Of a DNA stretch of 42,943 nt, positions 1 to 12,590 are shown piece after piece. Position 1 is the stretch's first letter. Every line of letters starts with the position of its first letter. The DNA is from Trichonephila inaurata (Eukaryota): positions 117,886 through 160,828 of the forward strand of contig BMAV01004705.1 of the NCBI GenBank assembly GCA_019973955.1. Reading direction: 5' to 3'. The position numbers and the translations under genes were made by a program. The notes beneath the pieces were generated by a model. It was not told the origin of the DNA. It ran no database searches and was given only the letters and a program-made list of their open reading frames with translations.

Positions 1-846
1 ACTATTAGCTATAAAAAAGGATAAAGTAATGAAAAGGAAAAAAATGATATAGTCTAAAAAAAATACAGTACTGTAATTAAATGTTTTTGTTTCAGAAAGT
101 ACATATTTTTTAATAATTAATTCTAATCTTAAAAACTTAGTATGAAAAACAATCGATGTTATGCAATAAATAAGCTTTGAATAAATATAACCAAATAAAT
201 TTCAGTAAAATATTTAATCATTTCGGAGAATATGGAAGCGATAATCTTCAGTAATTTAATGAGTCAAGAAAAAAAAATTTAGTTTATTTATCAAGGTGAT
301 AATAGAGATAAAAAAAAAAAGATATTAATTCAGGAAAAAAAGATATATGAACTTTTTTTTTTTACATATTAAAAACCTTAGTTTACCTCTCCCCTTTTAT
401 ATATATTTTTAAACGGCTCATTTTAATAGTGTCTCATATAAAATATTCAAAAGAACTTAAATGCCAGTACATATACAATGCCTTCGAATGTAATTTTTTT
501 TCATAATTGTAAATAACTATTTTGACTAGAACTGGCAAAAAAGTAAAATTATACACAGTTTAATATTTATGTCATATTTTTAAAAGAAAAAAATGACTTA
601 CCTTTGTATTTAAATATTTATAATGCATTGCTTTGCATGATAAAAAAAAATATGAAGTTTTTTTATTGTTGATTTAACGAAGTATGTGTTGTCTCATTTT
701 GAAATTAATAAATTTTAAAAATTGAATTTGAGAGAGCTCAAACTTAAATGCTCAACCTATACCAATAATATTTTCTGGAAACATCAGTCTTCCAGAAACA
801 CGCAATGTCAAGACTACAATATATTACCATGCGGAGAGTTTTCCAA

Positions 847-960
847 GTGGATGATCTAGAGCAGGGGTGGGCAGACTTTTCCAGGGTACGGGCTACTTCT
901 AATTTTTTAAAGGTGTTGCGGTCCACCTAGTGGAGTAGGTGTAGTGAGCTAAACGAAAGT
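847..960. repeat. Dispersed short GC-rich repeat fragment (family shared with 19855-19925 and 1530-1580)
   Basis: gagcaggggtgggcagacttttccagggtacgggctac (847-) is similar to ccagaggtgtccaaactttttgggaaaagtaccac (19857-). The gcggtccacct and gatctagagca motifs recur at 1537-1580 in permuted order. Confidence 0.35.
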
Positions 961-1148
961 ATACAAGGCAGTCGGACCTACATTTTACGAACCTTTATTT
1001 TAAAATTTCTCTAGTTAGCGAACTTTTTCATGTAACCAAGAACCTTTTACGATTTTCGTCGTAAAATAACCTCCAAATAGTGAAGTGCATTTTCTATTCA
1101 ACGAAATTTTCTCTTATAATTCGATTTTTTCCTTCTTACTTTTTAAAA

Positions 1149-1455
1149 TACCGTATTTACTCGAATCTAAGCCGTATTTTTTCCCCAGTGAATGCAATTG
1201 AAAATAGGGCACGAAGGGAGAAAAAATTTGTTGGCTGGAGTATTTATAGCAATTACAGCTTCATGCATGTATTTATAATACTGATAAACTAATTATTCAC
1301 TTCTCTATATATAATTAGTTTTCTTCTTAAATTTATTTTAATAAAATTGGACATCGATTAATCATTTTAGACTATTTTTCAATTTTCATAAATACTTGTT
1401 GAGAATTTGGGGCACTACTTGGAATCGGTGGTGGCTTAGATTCGAACAAATACGG
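1149..1455. repeat. MITE copy A (about 307 bp) with 23-bp TIRs
   Basis: 5' end CCGTATTTACTCGAATCTAAGCC. 3' end GGCTTAGATTCGAACAAATACGG is its reverse complement with 2 mismatches. Internal sequence ..ttacagcttcatgcatgtatttataatactgataaactaattattcac..ttgttgagaatttgggg.. is shared with copy B. Confidence 0.7.
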
Positions 1456-2089
1456 TTTTTCTAGACCTTCGTATGATGGAATGATTATTAGGTCTTAGTA
1501 AAAGCGGCCACTCCAAAATGTCTTGGCGGTCCACCTGTCGATCACGATCGACTTAATGTTTACCTTGGATCTAGAGCATAGTTACTACAAACCAGTTAGT
1601 TCCATTCAAGGATACGCCTTGGAGGTAAATCACAAGCTAGAAAACAAAATTTTGATTTAAAAAATTTTTAACCTATGAAGATCTCCTAATTTGCCTTGTG
1701 CTTATCTATGTGAAAATTTAAATAGCAAGATATACGTCAGCCTACAAAACTTAAATGACTTTCCAAAATGTTTCGTAATTCCGAAAAAAATCTACTGGGT
1801 GACACGAAATTCACACTACAGAATCACAACGCAACACTTAAAGGTTGGTAGACAAAAAATTAATTATACTCAAAAAATTATGGAACAAAGCAACAAAAAA
1901 AAAAAAAGGCTTTTTGATAGACTTGTGTTAAAAAACATTATTTTGTCATGAGGAAGAACAAACTAATGTCCCTTAGAAAGGGACATGACCTCCCCTAACT
2001 GCAATGGTTACATGAGGCCGTTTTTCATTCTCGATACTAAATTATCCAGTAATTCTTGAGGTAAGAGGAGCCGCTTTTCAAGAACAATC

Positions 2090-2950
2090 TGTTTCAGTTT
2101 TGTCTGGGACTCTCCGAAACACCTACATCTTCGATGGAATTTAAATCAGGAGTGTACGCTGGCCAATCCATTCTGTAGATATCCTCACTTTGTAGAAGAT
2201 CCTCAAAAGCAGAGGACCTGTGTGTACGACGTATATTGTGATCGACAAAAATAAAATCTGCCCCCATAGCACCTTGGAACAGATGCACGAGTGAATTCAT
2301 AATTTCCCCTTTGTAAAGATCTCTGGCAAGAGAGCCACTGTCGAAAATACGGAGTTCTCTCTCTCCTTTCGTCCATTCAATACATACCTCTCCCCACAAG
2401 CACTCCAGGATTACTTAAATGAGCTCTTTCCTTGATTTTAGTGGGATGTAGCTGTATCCCTACCTACCTCCATATTAGTTGGCGCTCAGAATATTTGCTC
2501 GCCCAGTCTTTGTATTATTGACACCACTGTAAAAGACACCCCCAATGGGCTGCTCTTAGTGGCATGCAGCGTTCACAATGACGGGTGAATAAGCCACCTT
2601 ATAGAAGACGTCTGGCCACAATATACAATACTTGTCGTCTGGTTGCCATATGTTACCCGGTGTGCGATTGCGGTCTTTTTCACCTACAGACTAACATACC
2701 GGTCATTATTTGCCATTGTTTTCATTGATCGACTACTGCCAACCTTTCTTACAACTGTACCTGTCATTTAGAAGGCATTCAAAGTTCTCGAAACAACACT
2801 TTTGTCGATTTCACACTCTTGTGCAACACACTTTCTTCAAGCTTGCTGATAATTCTACCACGTGTAAAGGTATCCTGATAGTTTCCTTGTAGCCATTATG
2901 AATGCATGTAATTTCCCTATCTCTATTACTTGCAGGGAATGTGAGGAGAT
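2090..2950 (-). mobile_element. Tc1-like (DD34E-type) transposase remnant downstream of MVP
   Basis: ORF 2094..2399 (-): MWGEVCIEWTKGERELRIFDSGSLARDLYKGEIMNSL..IFVDHNIRRTHRSSAFEDLLQSEDIYRMDWPAYTPDLNSIEDV matches Tc1 ..VMVWG..FQQDNAPCHT..DWPSQSPDLNPIE..W. Further upstream on the minus strand is an HTH-like ..RKVGSSRSMKTMANNDRYVSLQVKK.. with stops between. TIRs not identified. Confidence 0.6.
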
Positions 2951-5900
2951 TCATCCTTCCATCTTCTTAATTTGCCTTGGCACTAAATGCTCGCATTTTT
3001 CACATTTGTTACTGTAATGTCCTCACAGATGTTATAATTGTATATACATCATCCTTCTAATGAGCTGTCTTTTTATTGAACTAATCTCAAAAATCTCTTT
3101 TCAACAATTTCATGATTGTCTGTTAGAAAATCCATTTGATGCCTAAGTTTTGCATACTAGTGTATAAATACACTAGTCGGTAACCGCTCGCTTTTCTGAG
3201 TAGATAAATTTTATTCATAAATGAGAGGGAAAATATCAAATATTTAAGCTACTCAATATTTGTTTTCTTATTCAATGACTGCAATTTTAATTATTTAAAT
3301 TGAATGATAATTATATAATTTCAATCGAATTTAATACAAATAATCTGAACCCAAATTGGTCAGATGAAGTATTAAATATTTTTCCCTTGATTGAAAATCA
3401 TTTTAATTTAAAAAAAAAAAAATATGTAAACAAATAAATCAAAGCATTTTATTAAGTAGGCTACAATTTACAGAACAATTTCTGAACATATTCATATTAC
3501 AAAAAAACATGTAGATTTGAAAATCAATATGAAAATTTAATAAAAATGGATAATTTTCTGAAAAAGGAAATAACCAGAAAAATACAATTTCATTTGAATT
3601 ATATACACATATATATAATTTGTTTAACACTTAAACAGGATTAAGTTTAAAAAAAAACAAAATTGGAATAATGATGAAAAAGTATATAAGATTAAGATTA
3701 CAACTCATATATATCAGATAATTAATAAATAATTTGAAAGAATTCTATACTTTTTAATGATTTCATTATCAGAAAAAGAAAAAAAACCAAAAGAATAATA
3801 TAAATTCAAAAAGGTTAGAACAGAAAAATTATTCCATATTTTAATATATATAATGTAATTACATATTAAAATAATTTTTACATAATTTTAAATAAAATAA
3901 TCAATAATAACCCAAATTAACATGGATTATGACTGAAGTTATAAATTTGCAAAAATATAACACGAGAGAATCTGATATGGAAATGAATATACATTTTGAC
4001 AGAGAAAAATTTTTTTTTAATTCACAACTTTATATATTAACAATTCATTGCAATTTTTGAAACAAATAAGATATGAGTAGCAGCATTAAACTTTGTTCAT
4101 AAGCATTCACCTTACTTTTATATAAATTAACTATGTTTTTCTGAACACAATTGAATTCGCAAACACCTTTTACACTATTAGTTTGTAAATTAAAGAAAAG
4201 TTTGTATGAAAAATATTAAATCCCCAATGTGGTACAATATTTATGACTTAAAATAAACCATGTAAATAAGTAGAAATATTAAATAAAAAAAATACTTTTC
4301 TTTAAAAAAATATTTAACTTTTGTTTCATATACAGAAAGCATCTAGTCATTAAAAAAAATTTCAATAAAATCACAAAATAAGATTTAGTTTAATTTCCTT
4401 TATTACTACCAACAATTACAAGCTCATATGATTTATAATTTGTGCTACTAAGTTAAAACTAAATGCAGAAATAGTATAATATTAAACACGAGGAACATTT
4501 TATATATGTATTTCATACAAATCAAAATAACTATTTCATAATAAAAACTCAAACTTTTTTTAATGAATATATTATATAGAGGTATATATATCAATCAGCA
4601 GTATACTTAGTATATTTACAAAAATAGAATTAGCAATATAAGTCCTTTTTCTATTTACATACTAAAAATACAACATTGCTCACTGTGTGGAATGATTTTA
4701 AGCATTTTAACATGTATATTTTTCATGTATTTAGTAGAAAACGTTTACAAAGTAAACAATGGTTGAATATTATAAAACTATGGCTATATATTACATTATT
4801 AATAATACAAAAAATTATAACTGGCAATTCCCTGTGTCCCAAAACTCAACCACAAACTTCAACTTGAGTGTTTAGTCTATCCATAAGATACCAAAGAGGA
4901 AAAAACTTAAAAATTCTTCATAAAGATAAACATTACCTACTTTCCTTTTCTAATAACTTTGGCATTTCTGATTTATATCATGAATTAATTTAACAAGCAT
5001 TTTTTACCCCCAATAGTAAACATTCAAGTAGTAATCACATGTATCAAGATAAATTAAGAACCATACATTTAAGAGATTATATATTATAATTAGTTTCTGT
5101 ACAGCATACTTGGATTTTTCACTTTTATAAATACATAAATGAAGGCACATTAGCTCAAAAATATATTTTCATAATTTTTTTAAAATTGCAAAATTTATTC
5201 ATTGTTTGAACAATATACATAAAAATAATTGCCAGATATATATAATTTTAAAAAGATAAAATATAACATATATAGAATTTTAAGATAAAAATATAACATA
5301 CAGTAAAGCTGTTTACAAATTATTTTCAATGCATATAAAAAACAGATTTTCAATACAGAAGTATAAAATGTTGAACATAAAAAGCACCAAGCATCACATA
5401 TCGCATGATTGTGATCAAGGAATAATAGCCTTTGTTGCTCCATATCCCATAAAACCCGTAACTGTAAGCATCACATACGTTCAAAATACTGATTATCATT
5501 TTATCCAGAGAAAAAAATGAAAGACTACAATATGTCAGCACAAACCTAATTACATGTGTAACAATAAACATTGTAGTCTAAATCAAATAGATTGCATACT
5601 TAAATGCATTAAAAAACATAGATAAGGAGCTTCACTCTTAAGTACAAAATGTTTTTGTTTAATATATAACATCAACAGCAATATCAAACAATTATGAAAA
5701 CTCTTTACTAATTAGAATTATATGTACTGAGATATAGATAGTATTTCAGTATAGCTGGTATCTCAGTATTTCTATATATATTAATATATATAGATATATC
5801 AGTATGATTTAAAATACTCAACTTAACTCACAAGTTTTAATTATATAATAATTACATATTTATAATACATTTTATTTCAGTAAATTTATACTAAACATTA

Positions 5901-6001
5901 AAGAAGATAATATATTTTGCAAACTTTCAAAATAGAATTTAAAAAATAAAACAAAAACAGGAAAAATTTTTTTTTTCATTTTAAAATAATCAGGTGCTCA
6001 T

Positions 6002-6007
6002 TTTATT
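6002..6007 (-). promoter_or_regulatory. Candidate MVP polyadenylation signal (AATAAA on minus strand)
   Basis: Plus-strand tttatt about 430 nt downstream of the stop codon, followed (minus sense) by a U-rich stretch. No closer AATAAA or ATTAAA was seen between 6008 and 6439. Confidence 0.3.
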
Positions 6008-6438
6008 TATACATAGTAATAAAGTTTACAAAAAAATCTGTGCATGGAATTCCTTAAAAAGTATAGATTTGTAAGTAGTTCAAACACATTGTAATACTCA
6101 ATATCAATAAGTAATCTTCAATTAATAATTCTGCATATTTTTTTAAACTATTACATGGATAGAATTATTTCTTCTTGATGATAATTATGTGCTCAGTTTT
6201 TTTTTACATTAACTCAAATAAAACAGAACTCTTTATAAAGTAATTAATTACAAAATTAGAACAGAAAACTTAATCATTATCTACATGATGAATATTTAAA
6301 AAATTGGTCTGCACTAATAAATGAAAAAGTTCATTTGCTAATTAATTAACAATCATGTGAAAGCCAAAAGATAAATCTAGTTTCCAGTTAATTAAATATG
6401 ACTGGGAATTTAAGATTTAGAATATGAATTATCACACC

Positions 6439-6591
6439 TTAGGAGCTTATTGAATCTCCTCTGTCAAGACGCTGCTTTTTGGCAGCTATAGCACCTCCAA
6501 GGAAACCTTCAGCAGTGTTGAAGAGATTGATAGGTGTATTTCCATCTGTAATCAAAGCTGATTGAATTCCAAGACCTTGGAGAAGTTTAAC
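6439..6591 (-). CDS. MVP: MVP exon 14 (last coding exon, TAA stop at 6439-6441)
   Basis: Reverse-complement translation [50 protein letters not shown] matches human [32 protein letters not shown]. Acceptor ttttttag. Confidence 0.88.
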   Translation of the reverse strand, partial: VKLLQGLGIQSALITDGNTPINLFNTAEGFLGGAIAAKKQRLDRGDSISS

Positions 6592-6856
6592 CTAAAAAAA
6601 TTTACCAAAAATTAAATTTTACAATAAAAACAAATTATACATGCATATAATACGATACATATAATTACATCAAAACTTTTAATTCATCTTTTTGCCTACT
6701 TATGCTCAAACTAAGTCTGTATTTGCTTAATGTTAAAGAATAGGACCCATATTTGAAATATTTTTTCAGATATAAAACAACTGATACAAAAATTATTATG
6801 TTCAGGCTTCACTCCTTATAGAGAGCAGGATAGTGAATTGATTTATTTTTTTGGAA

Positions 6857-6868
6857 GGGGGGGGGGGG
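6857..6868 (+). repeat. Poly-G tract (12 G)
   Basis: Direct observation. Unusual in about 30% GC context. Confidence 0.9.
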
Positions 6869-8504
6869 TATAAACTGTTTTGCGTTTTTACTCGTACATT
6901 GTAAAGCTAGTTTTAACTATCCCTTTATGTGATGAAATGAAAAAAATATGTATTTATAGAATATTTTTAAATTTTAAAGCTCAGCATATAGTTTAGACTC
7001 TAAGGCAAAGACAGACTAGAGCAATACATTAGATTATTTAATGATGGTTTTTGTAATTTTCAATTTTGGTCAGATAAGAACAGCATCTTCACTGGGTACC
7101 TCACTCACAAAGCTTCTTCATTATATTTTATGAAGACTTTAGGGCTCAGTTTGATATATAACATGGACCAATTATTATTTTCTATGAAAAAATAAAATAA
7201 GAACTCAAATCTAACAGCTACAAAGTTGACTTTATCCTTGGGTAACTATAGTTTGATTTTAGTGCAAATGAAAAATCCCATTACTGTGCCAATAAAGCAC
7301 CAATTCAAGTTAAACAAAACAAACATTAAATATATAATGAAAAATGCCCTATTTATAAATTACAAAAACTAGATGTAATTAATACATTTTAACTGTTTTA
7401 TGCAAATACATATTTATAGTAATTAAATTATTATTACAATTTGTTTTACCTCATTCATATTTAACACAACAAAGGACACAAATGTATTGGAAACCTATTA
7501 ACTTCTTGAAGGGAAATTATAGAAGTGTGAACAGAAAGAATGAAATACAAAATATAACAATGGAAAAATATTTATCGTACTTATATTGCATAGTAAAATT
7601 TCACAGAAAAAAATATTAAAATTTGTAAATATCCTAGTACTTCATTAATTATAAAGCAGATAGTTAATTTCTTCAAAATTTTATGACTCATTTTTAAAGT
7701 AATTTAAAGTGCATGTGTTTAAGTTAAAATATGATAAGTTTTTATACATAAATCAAAACTTAATAGATAAACACTACTTTTTTACAGCACAAAAAACAAT
7801 TATACCATTGAAATCCACATAAACTATAATAAACTAAATTTAAAAATGTTGGAAAACTCTTTACTCACTAAGTTTAGGTTTTTAATGACAAACTCTTAAA
7901 GAATATGAAATTTCATGAAGGATTTAGTTCCATGATCAATAAAATTAAGAAAGAATTATGAGAAAAGTATATTACATGCAATGACAGACATAAAAGGTAT
8001 TAAAAAAATTTAATTATTTAAAAGTTATATAAAAAACTATCAATACAGATAATTTATGTATAAATTGAGTCCCCCTTTCATACATTTATATAATTATGCA
8101 AATTATCTTCAACACAATTTCTATAATTAAATTCAATTATGAAACAAGAAAAACATGTTTTAAATTTGGCATATTATTTTTTATTTAGTTATTTTGAGAA
8201 ATAAAACCTACTTAAATTTAATTTTATCTTTCCAGAATGAAATACATTTAGATGTGAATAAGAAAAAAAAAATTAATGTTTAAAAGTAATTCAAAATAAT
8301 TTGAAAAACATGATTGTGTGTGTGATTTACAATCTTAATCTGCCAACAAGCAGAGAATTAAAATTCAAAGAAGCCGAAGTTAAAATTTTAAAAAATTATT
8401 TAGTATTATTAACTACATCTAATTAAATAACCACTAATTCTCCCTAAATTAATTTATTCTACTTAATGAAATTAGAAAAATAAATAATCAGAATGGAAAT
8501 GTAC

Positions 8505-8693
8505 TTGAAAATCTTGTCCAGCACAAGCCACAGCTTGAATTGTATTACTTCCAAGGCTTTCAACCATACTTTTAAATTTGTGAACTTCAATATCAGCTAC
8601 TTCTTTCAATTTTTGTACATCTATATTATTTTGCTCTTTACGGTAATTTAGTTCTTCCTCTCTAGCTTTACGAAGACGCTCCAGCTCTGTTTC
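8505..8693 (-). CDS. MVP: MVP exon 13
   Basis: Reverse-complement translation ETELERLRKAREEELNYRKEQNNIDVQKLKEVADIEVHKFKSMVESLGSNTIQAVACAGQDFQ matches human [61 protein letters not shown]. Acceptor tttgtag, donor GTACAT. Confidence 0.85.
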
Positions 8694-8891
8694 CTACAAA
8701 TAGTAAATTTTTTACTGCATCCTTTTCAATTAACAGTTTTGATGCTTTATGTAACACTTCCAATTAGTAGATGATTATTCATATTATGTCCCTTTGTATA
8801 AAAGGAATATAAACCAAAATTTGAAAAAGAAATCATGTAATGTTTTCATTACAAATTATTTAAGCAAAAAAAAAAAAAAAAGTACACATTT

Positions 8892-9183
8892 ATAATAATG
8901 ACCAGTGGTGCACACAGGAATTTTTCAAGGGGAGGGGTTGAGGGTCGCAAGTTTATCATTCTTATATTGTAGCCCAATAAGCTGTCAAACATATTCTTTT
9001 GATTTTGTCAGGAAAAAAACAGTAAAAAACAAATTTTTTAATAATTAGCATTAATTAATAAAAAATAATTAATAACAAATACTTCATTAAATTTTACATA
9101 CTATATACATAGAATTATAATCAATCAAAAGAAAAAAAATCAAGGGTGATGAGGGGGGTGCTCTGCCCTTGTGTGTGCCACTG
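8892..9183. repeat. MITE-like element with CAGTGG..CCACTG termini (Tc1/mariner-type TIR) in MVP intron 12
   Basis: CAGTGGTGCACACAGG at 8892 pairs with CCTTGTGTGTGCCACTG ending at 9183. GC-rich G-run cores (caaggggaggggttgagggt and caagggtgatgaggggggtg) lie just inside each end. Confidence 0.5.
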
Positions 9184-10720
9184 AAAACAACAATACTATA
9201 ACCAATGATACATAAAACATCCATAAACAAAATCAGGTTTATGTATAGTAGAAACCTTAGAGCATTCTTACAATAAAATCTTTAGAATAAGTTGCTTAAC
9301 CCATGAGAATTAGTGCTTAAATCAATAATGAGAAAACTCAAGCATGCCTCGCTTAGCTAATTCATTAACTATTTTGGCATGTATATATGCCTTACCAAAA
9401 TGCAATCTTTTGCAATGTCATGCTATCAGTAAAACTATTCCAAATGCTTTAAAATACAATGAAATGAACTTGAGTGTTTCTGAAGGATTTATTTATTTCA
9501 CAAAAGATTTATTTAATGACACATTTACAATACGCACAATACATTGTATAACTATGAGCACCTATGTGAAAAATGGTGGCACTAGGGAGCGAATTTCATA
9601 ACATTCCTCAGCAAATAAGGGGTTAATAGCAGTGCATAATTTTGTTAAAAGTCAAGATGTATGGCTGATAAATGCAGAGGTGGAACACTAATCAGAAGGA
9701 TTTAACTAACATTAAAATGCCAGAACTCACACAATGAAAAAACTCACACTGGACATAAAATGGAAACAGTAGAACTCTGACAATAAGAATTTCTTTCACA
9801 AGAACTGATGGCCATGTGAAGAATCCCTACTAGCAAAGTACACACAAAAAGTTCATTACTATCCCTAACACTAATGAGGAGTTATAAAACTGGACAGAGA
9901 AAGCAAAACATTTGCTTATTACAATAAACACATTATGCACTTTTTAAAGCATACAAGAAAAAGTCCATGGTTCAAATTCTAGCAGGTTAAATAAAACTTT
10001 GCACTTAATGAATGCAATAATATGATATGATATAATGAATGCAATAATGAAAATATATTTAGTTTTTAAATAAATGAAGAAATTAAGCATAGTAAATATT
10101 GGTTTTTTTCATACAATCCCATAATTTCTGACTGTATTTGTAATTAAAATTATGAAGTTAAAAAGATAAAGGAAGAGAATTATGCAGTTTCAAAAGCTAG
10201 TGACTAGACGCACTTCAGGAGATGACAACAATATAAAATGAAATAAATTTTTTAATAAGGTGGCAAAAAACTCGCATATAAAATTATAAAAAAAATTATT
10301 ATTTTTGAAAAAATATATATCATTTTTCATAAATGAAAATTACATTCTTTAAAAAATTACTTTAGAAATTAATGAATAAATTTCTCTAGATTTTTAAACT
10401 GTTTTATAAAAGAAGCAATGCTTGAAAAAATGTTTAATAGTTATATGAAATGCTATACATTGATGAGATCGCAGTCATGAATGAAAATGATATTAGTAAA
10501 TATAAAAATTAAATCCTAATTTTCAAACCAGCAGCCAAGGGGGAAAAAAATATTCATGTAATTTAGAAATTAAGAAAAATGTACTAAAAGCAAAATTAAC
10601 ATAGCCATTAAAATACAAACTTGTTAAATATTTATCAAAATAATTCAAACTTAATTTACAATTCATACTTTTAACTTTGTAAAGAAAAATTAGTAATTCA
10701 CAAAACAATAAGCAACATAC

Positions 10721-10964
10721 TGCTTCAATTCTCATAGCCTCTGCCTTTGATTTAGCTTGCTCTACAGCAGCTTCAGCTTCGATTCTTTTAGCCTCTGCAC
10801 GACTCAAAGCTTCTGCTTTAGCCTGACCACAATTTTCAATGGACATGCTACTGACTTTTAATTCCAACAAACTTTTTCTTGATTTTTCTGCTTCTACTTC
10901 ATCAGATATTCGCTGTCGTTCAAGGCGACCTCGAGCTTCTTGCTCCCTTCTCTCTGCTTCATGT
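10721..10964 (-). CDS. MVP: MVP exon 12 (Ala/Glu-rich cap-helix coiled coil)
   Basis: ORF 10523..10870 plus upstream codons: (R)[81 protein letters not shown] matches human [84 protein letters not shown]. Acceptor tttgtag, donor GTATGT. Confidence 0.88.
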
Positions 10965-12590
10965 CTACAAAGAGGAGATTAAATAGATAACATTTTTGTC
11001 ATAGTAAATGCAATCACATGTTTCCAGCCAATCAGTTCATGTGTTTCATTACTGCTAACTCTTGTTTTTTTACAAAAATTTCTTTTCAAACTTTCTTTGT
11101 GTTACACCTGATATAAAAATTTTGTTTTGAAAAACTTTCTGAAGAATCTTAATTCTCAGACATCTTTATCAACCATCACATTTGAAATTGTACCTAGATT
11201 TTATAAGTACAAATCAAACATTAGCTTTGAATTCAATCACAATCACAAGATTACATGTATCATGAATTGCGCCTCATAAATTTAGCCCATTTGAAAATAC
11301 GTGTTCAACTATTATACAAAAATTATCCCATTTTTTGCATATTTATTAGTGAAATATAACAAACATTTTTCATTGTTTGATTTAAAGGTTATAATAAATC
11401 TGTAAGCACTTTCATTAGATGTTTCTTTCCCTACTACATCAATACTTTTGTAATTTGATCACCCAAGACAATGAAATAAACTACGATACACACATAAAGA
11501 ATTTCAGAAGTATTTTAAAAATTTCCATGATTTTAAGGAATGTACTTAATCACATATATAACCAAAACACAATAAAATCATATACCCAGTATCCCTGAAA
11601 ATCAATGTATTAATTTTCTCATACTTTAAACTCTGTTTACAAAAAGGGAGCAGGTAACTCAATCTCAGTCTGTTTTATAACTAATAATACCAGTATGCAA
11701 AGAAAGCTCTCTCTCAACTATGGTTACATTATTCATTGTCAGACATTTCTAAATAGCAAATTATTTTTAGAGTTTGTTTAATGATCATATACATCAGACT
11801 CTAAAGGAACCTATATTTTAAAAGTAGATTGAAACAACTCTTTTTATGATAAAGATAACTTATAACTCAGACTAGTTTACCATGCAGGAGGGAAAAAACT
11901 TTAAATAGTAGTAAATAATGACATATTGCACCTAACTACTTAAGCCAATAACAAACCATGAAAAAGAAATTATTCTATAAAAATATAACTAAAATACTGT
12001 AATTGTGGAATGAAATCCCTTTTTTCAATCTTTTGATGAAGCGAGGCCTCAACTGGTTAATTTACAAAAGTTTTTACTGTAATTTAATATAAAGTCCAAG
12101 TAGAGACAAACAACAACTTAAGAGTGACTAGTCTTTTATAGAATGAACAATAAAAATTAGATCTCTCTCAACTAACAAGAGATAATTATCTTTGGAGATT
12201 CTACAGTTTTATATCAAATTGATAAATATTAGACTAACACAACAAAAATTCAATGAGCCAATACTGAATCTCTTGTGTTTTTTGAATATATTTTGTCTTA
12301 TGAAGACACACAAACAGTTAAAAATCATGAACAATAAATGACTTAGAAGTTTGAACTAAAAAAAAAGAATGCAAATAAAATTAATGTGTTGTAAATTTTT
12401 TGGTGTCATCTAAAAAATGCCTTCAGTATCAAATGTTAACATGTGCTATTAATCTCATACTAAACTTATTTCTTCACATATTAGTGCTTAAAAGAATATT
12501 CAGTAATAATAATAACAGGGTGATTAAGTTCTCAATGTTGTATATTTTAAGACACTTTGTTTATAAAATTTTATGAGGGATGATAAAAAA

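Noticed and set aside
2025-2050. Short palindromes (tgtccctt agaa agggaca at about 1967-1990; aggtttgaag-tttcaaacct at 21376-21396; ctagtgtataaatacactag at 3158-3177) as regulatory hairpins
   Set aside because: Short (8-9 bp stems), AT-rich context, no recurrence pattern. Not distinguishable from chance or TE-internal structure.
744-5571. ORF-track entries in the 3' flank (e.g. 744..926, 1080..1292, 1691..1951, 3439..3630, 4676..4867, 5195..5571)
   Set aside because: AT-rich, low-complexity translations (runs of F/L/I/K/N/Y) with no homology signal. The only supported coding remnant there is the Tc1-like transposase (2094..2399).
10523-10870. ORF rich in [11 protein letters not shown] repeats looked like a flotillin/stomatin (SPFH) coiled-coil exon
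   Set aside because: Flanking exons and collinearity (..[10 protein letters not shown] upstream, ETELERLRKARE.. downstream) match the MVP cap-helix region, not flotillin. It is MVP exon 12.
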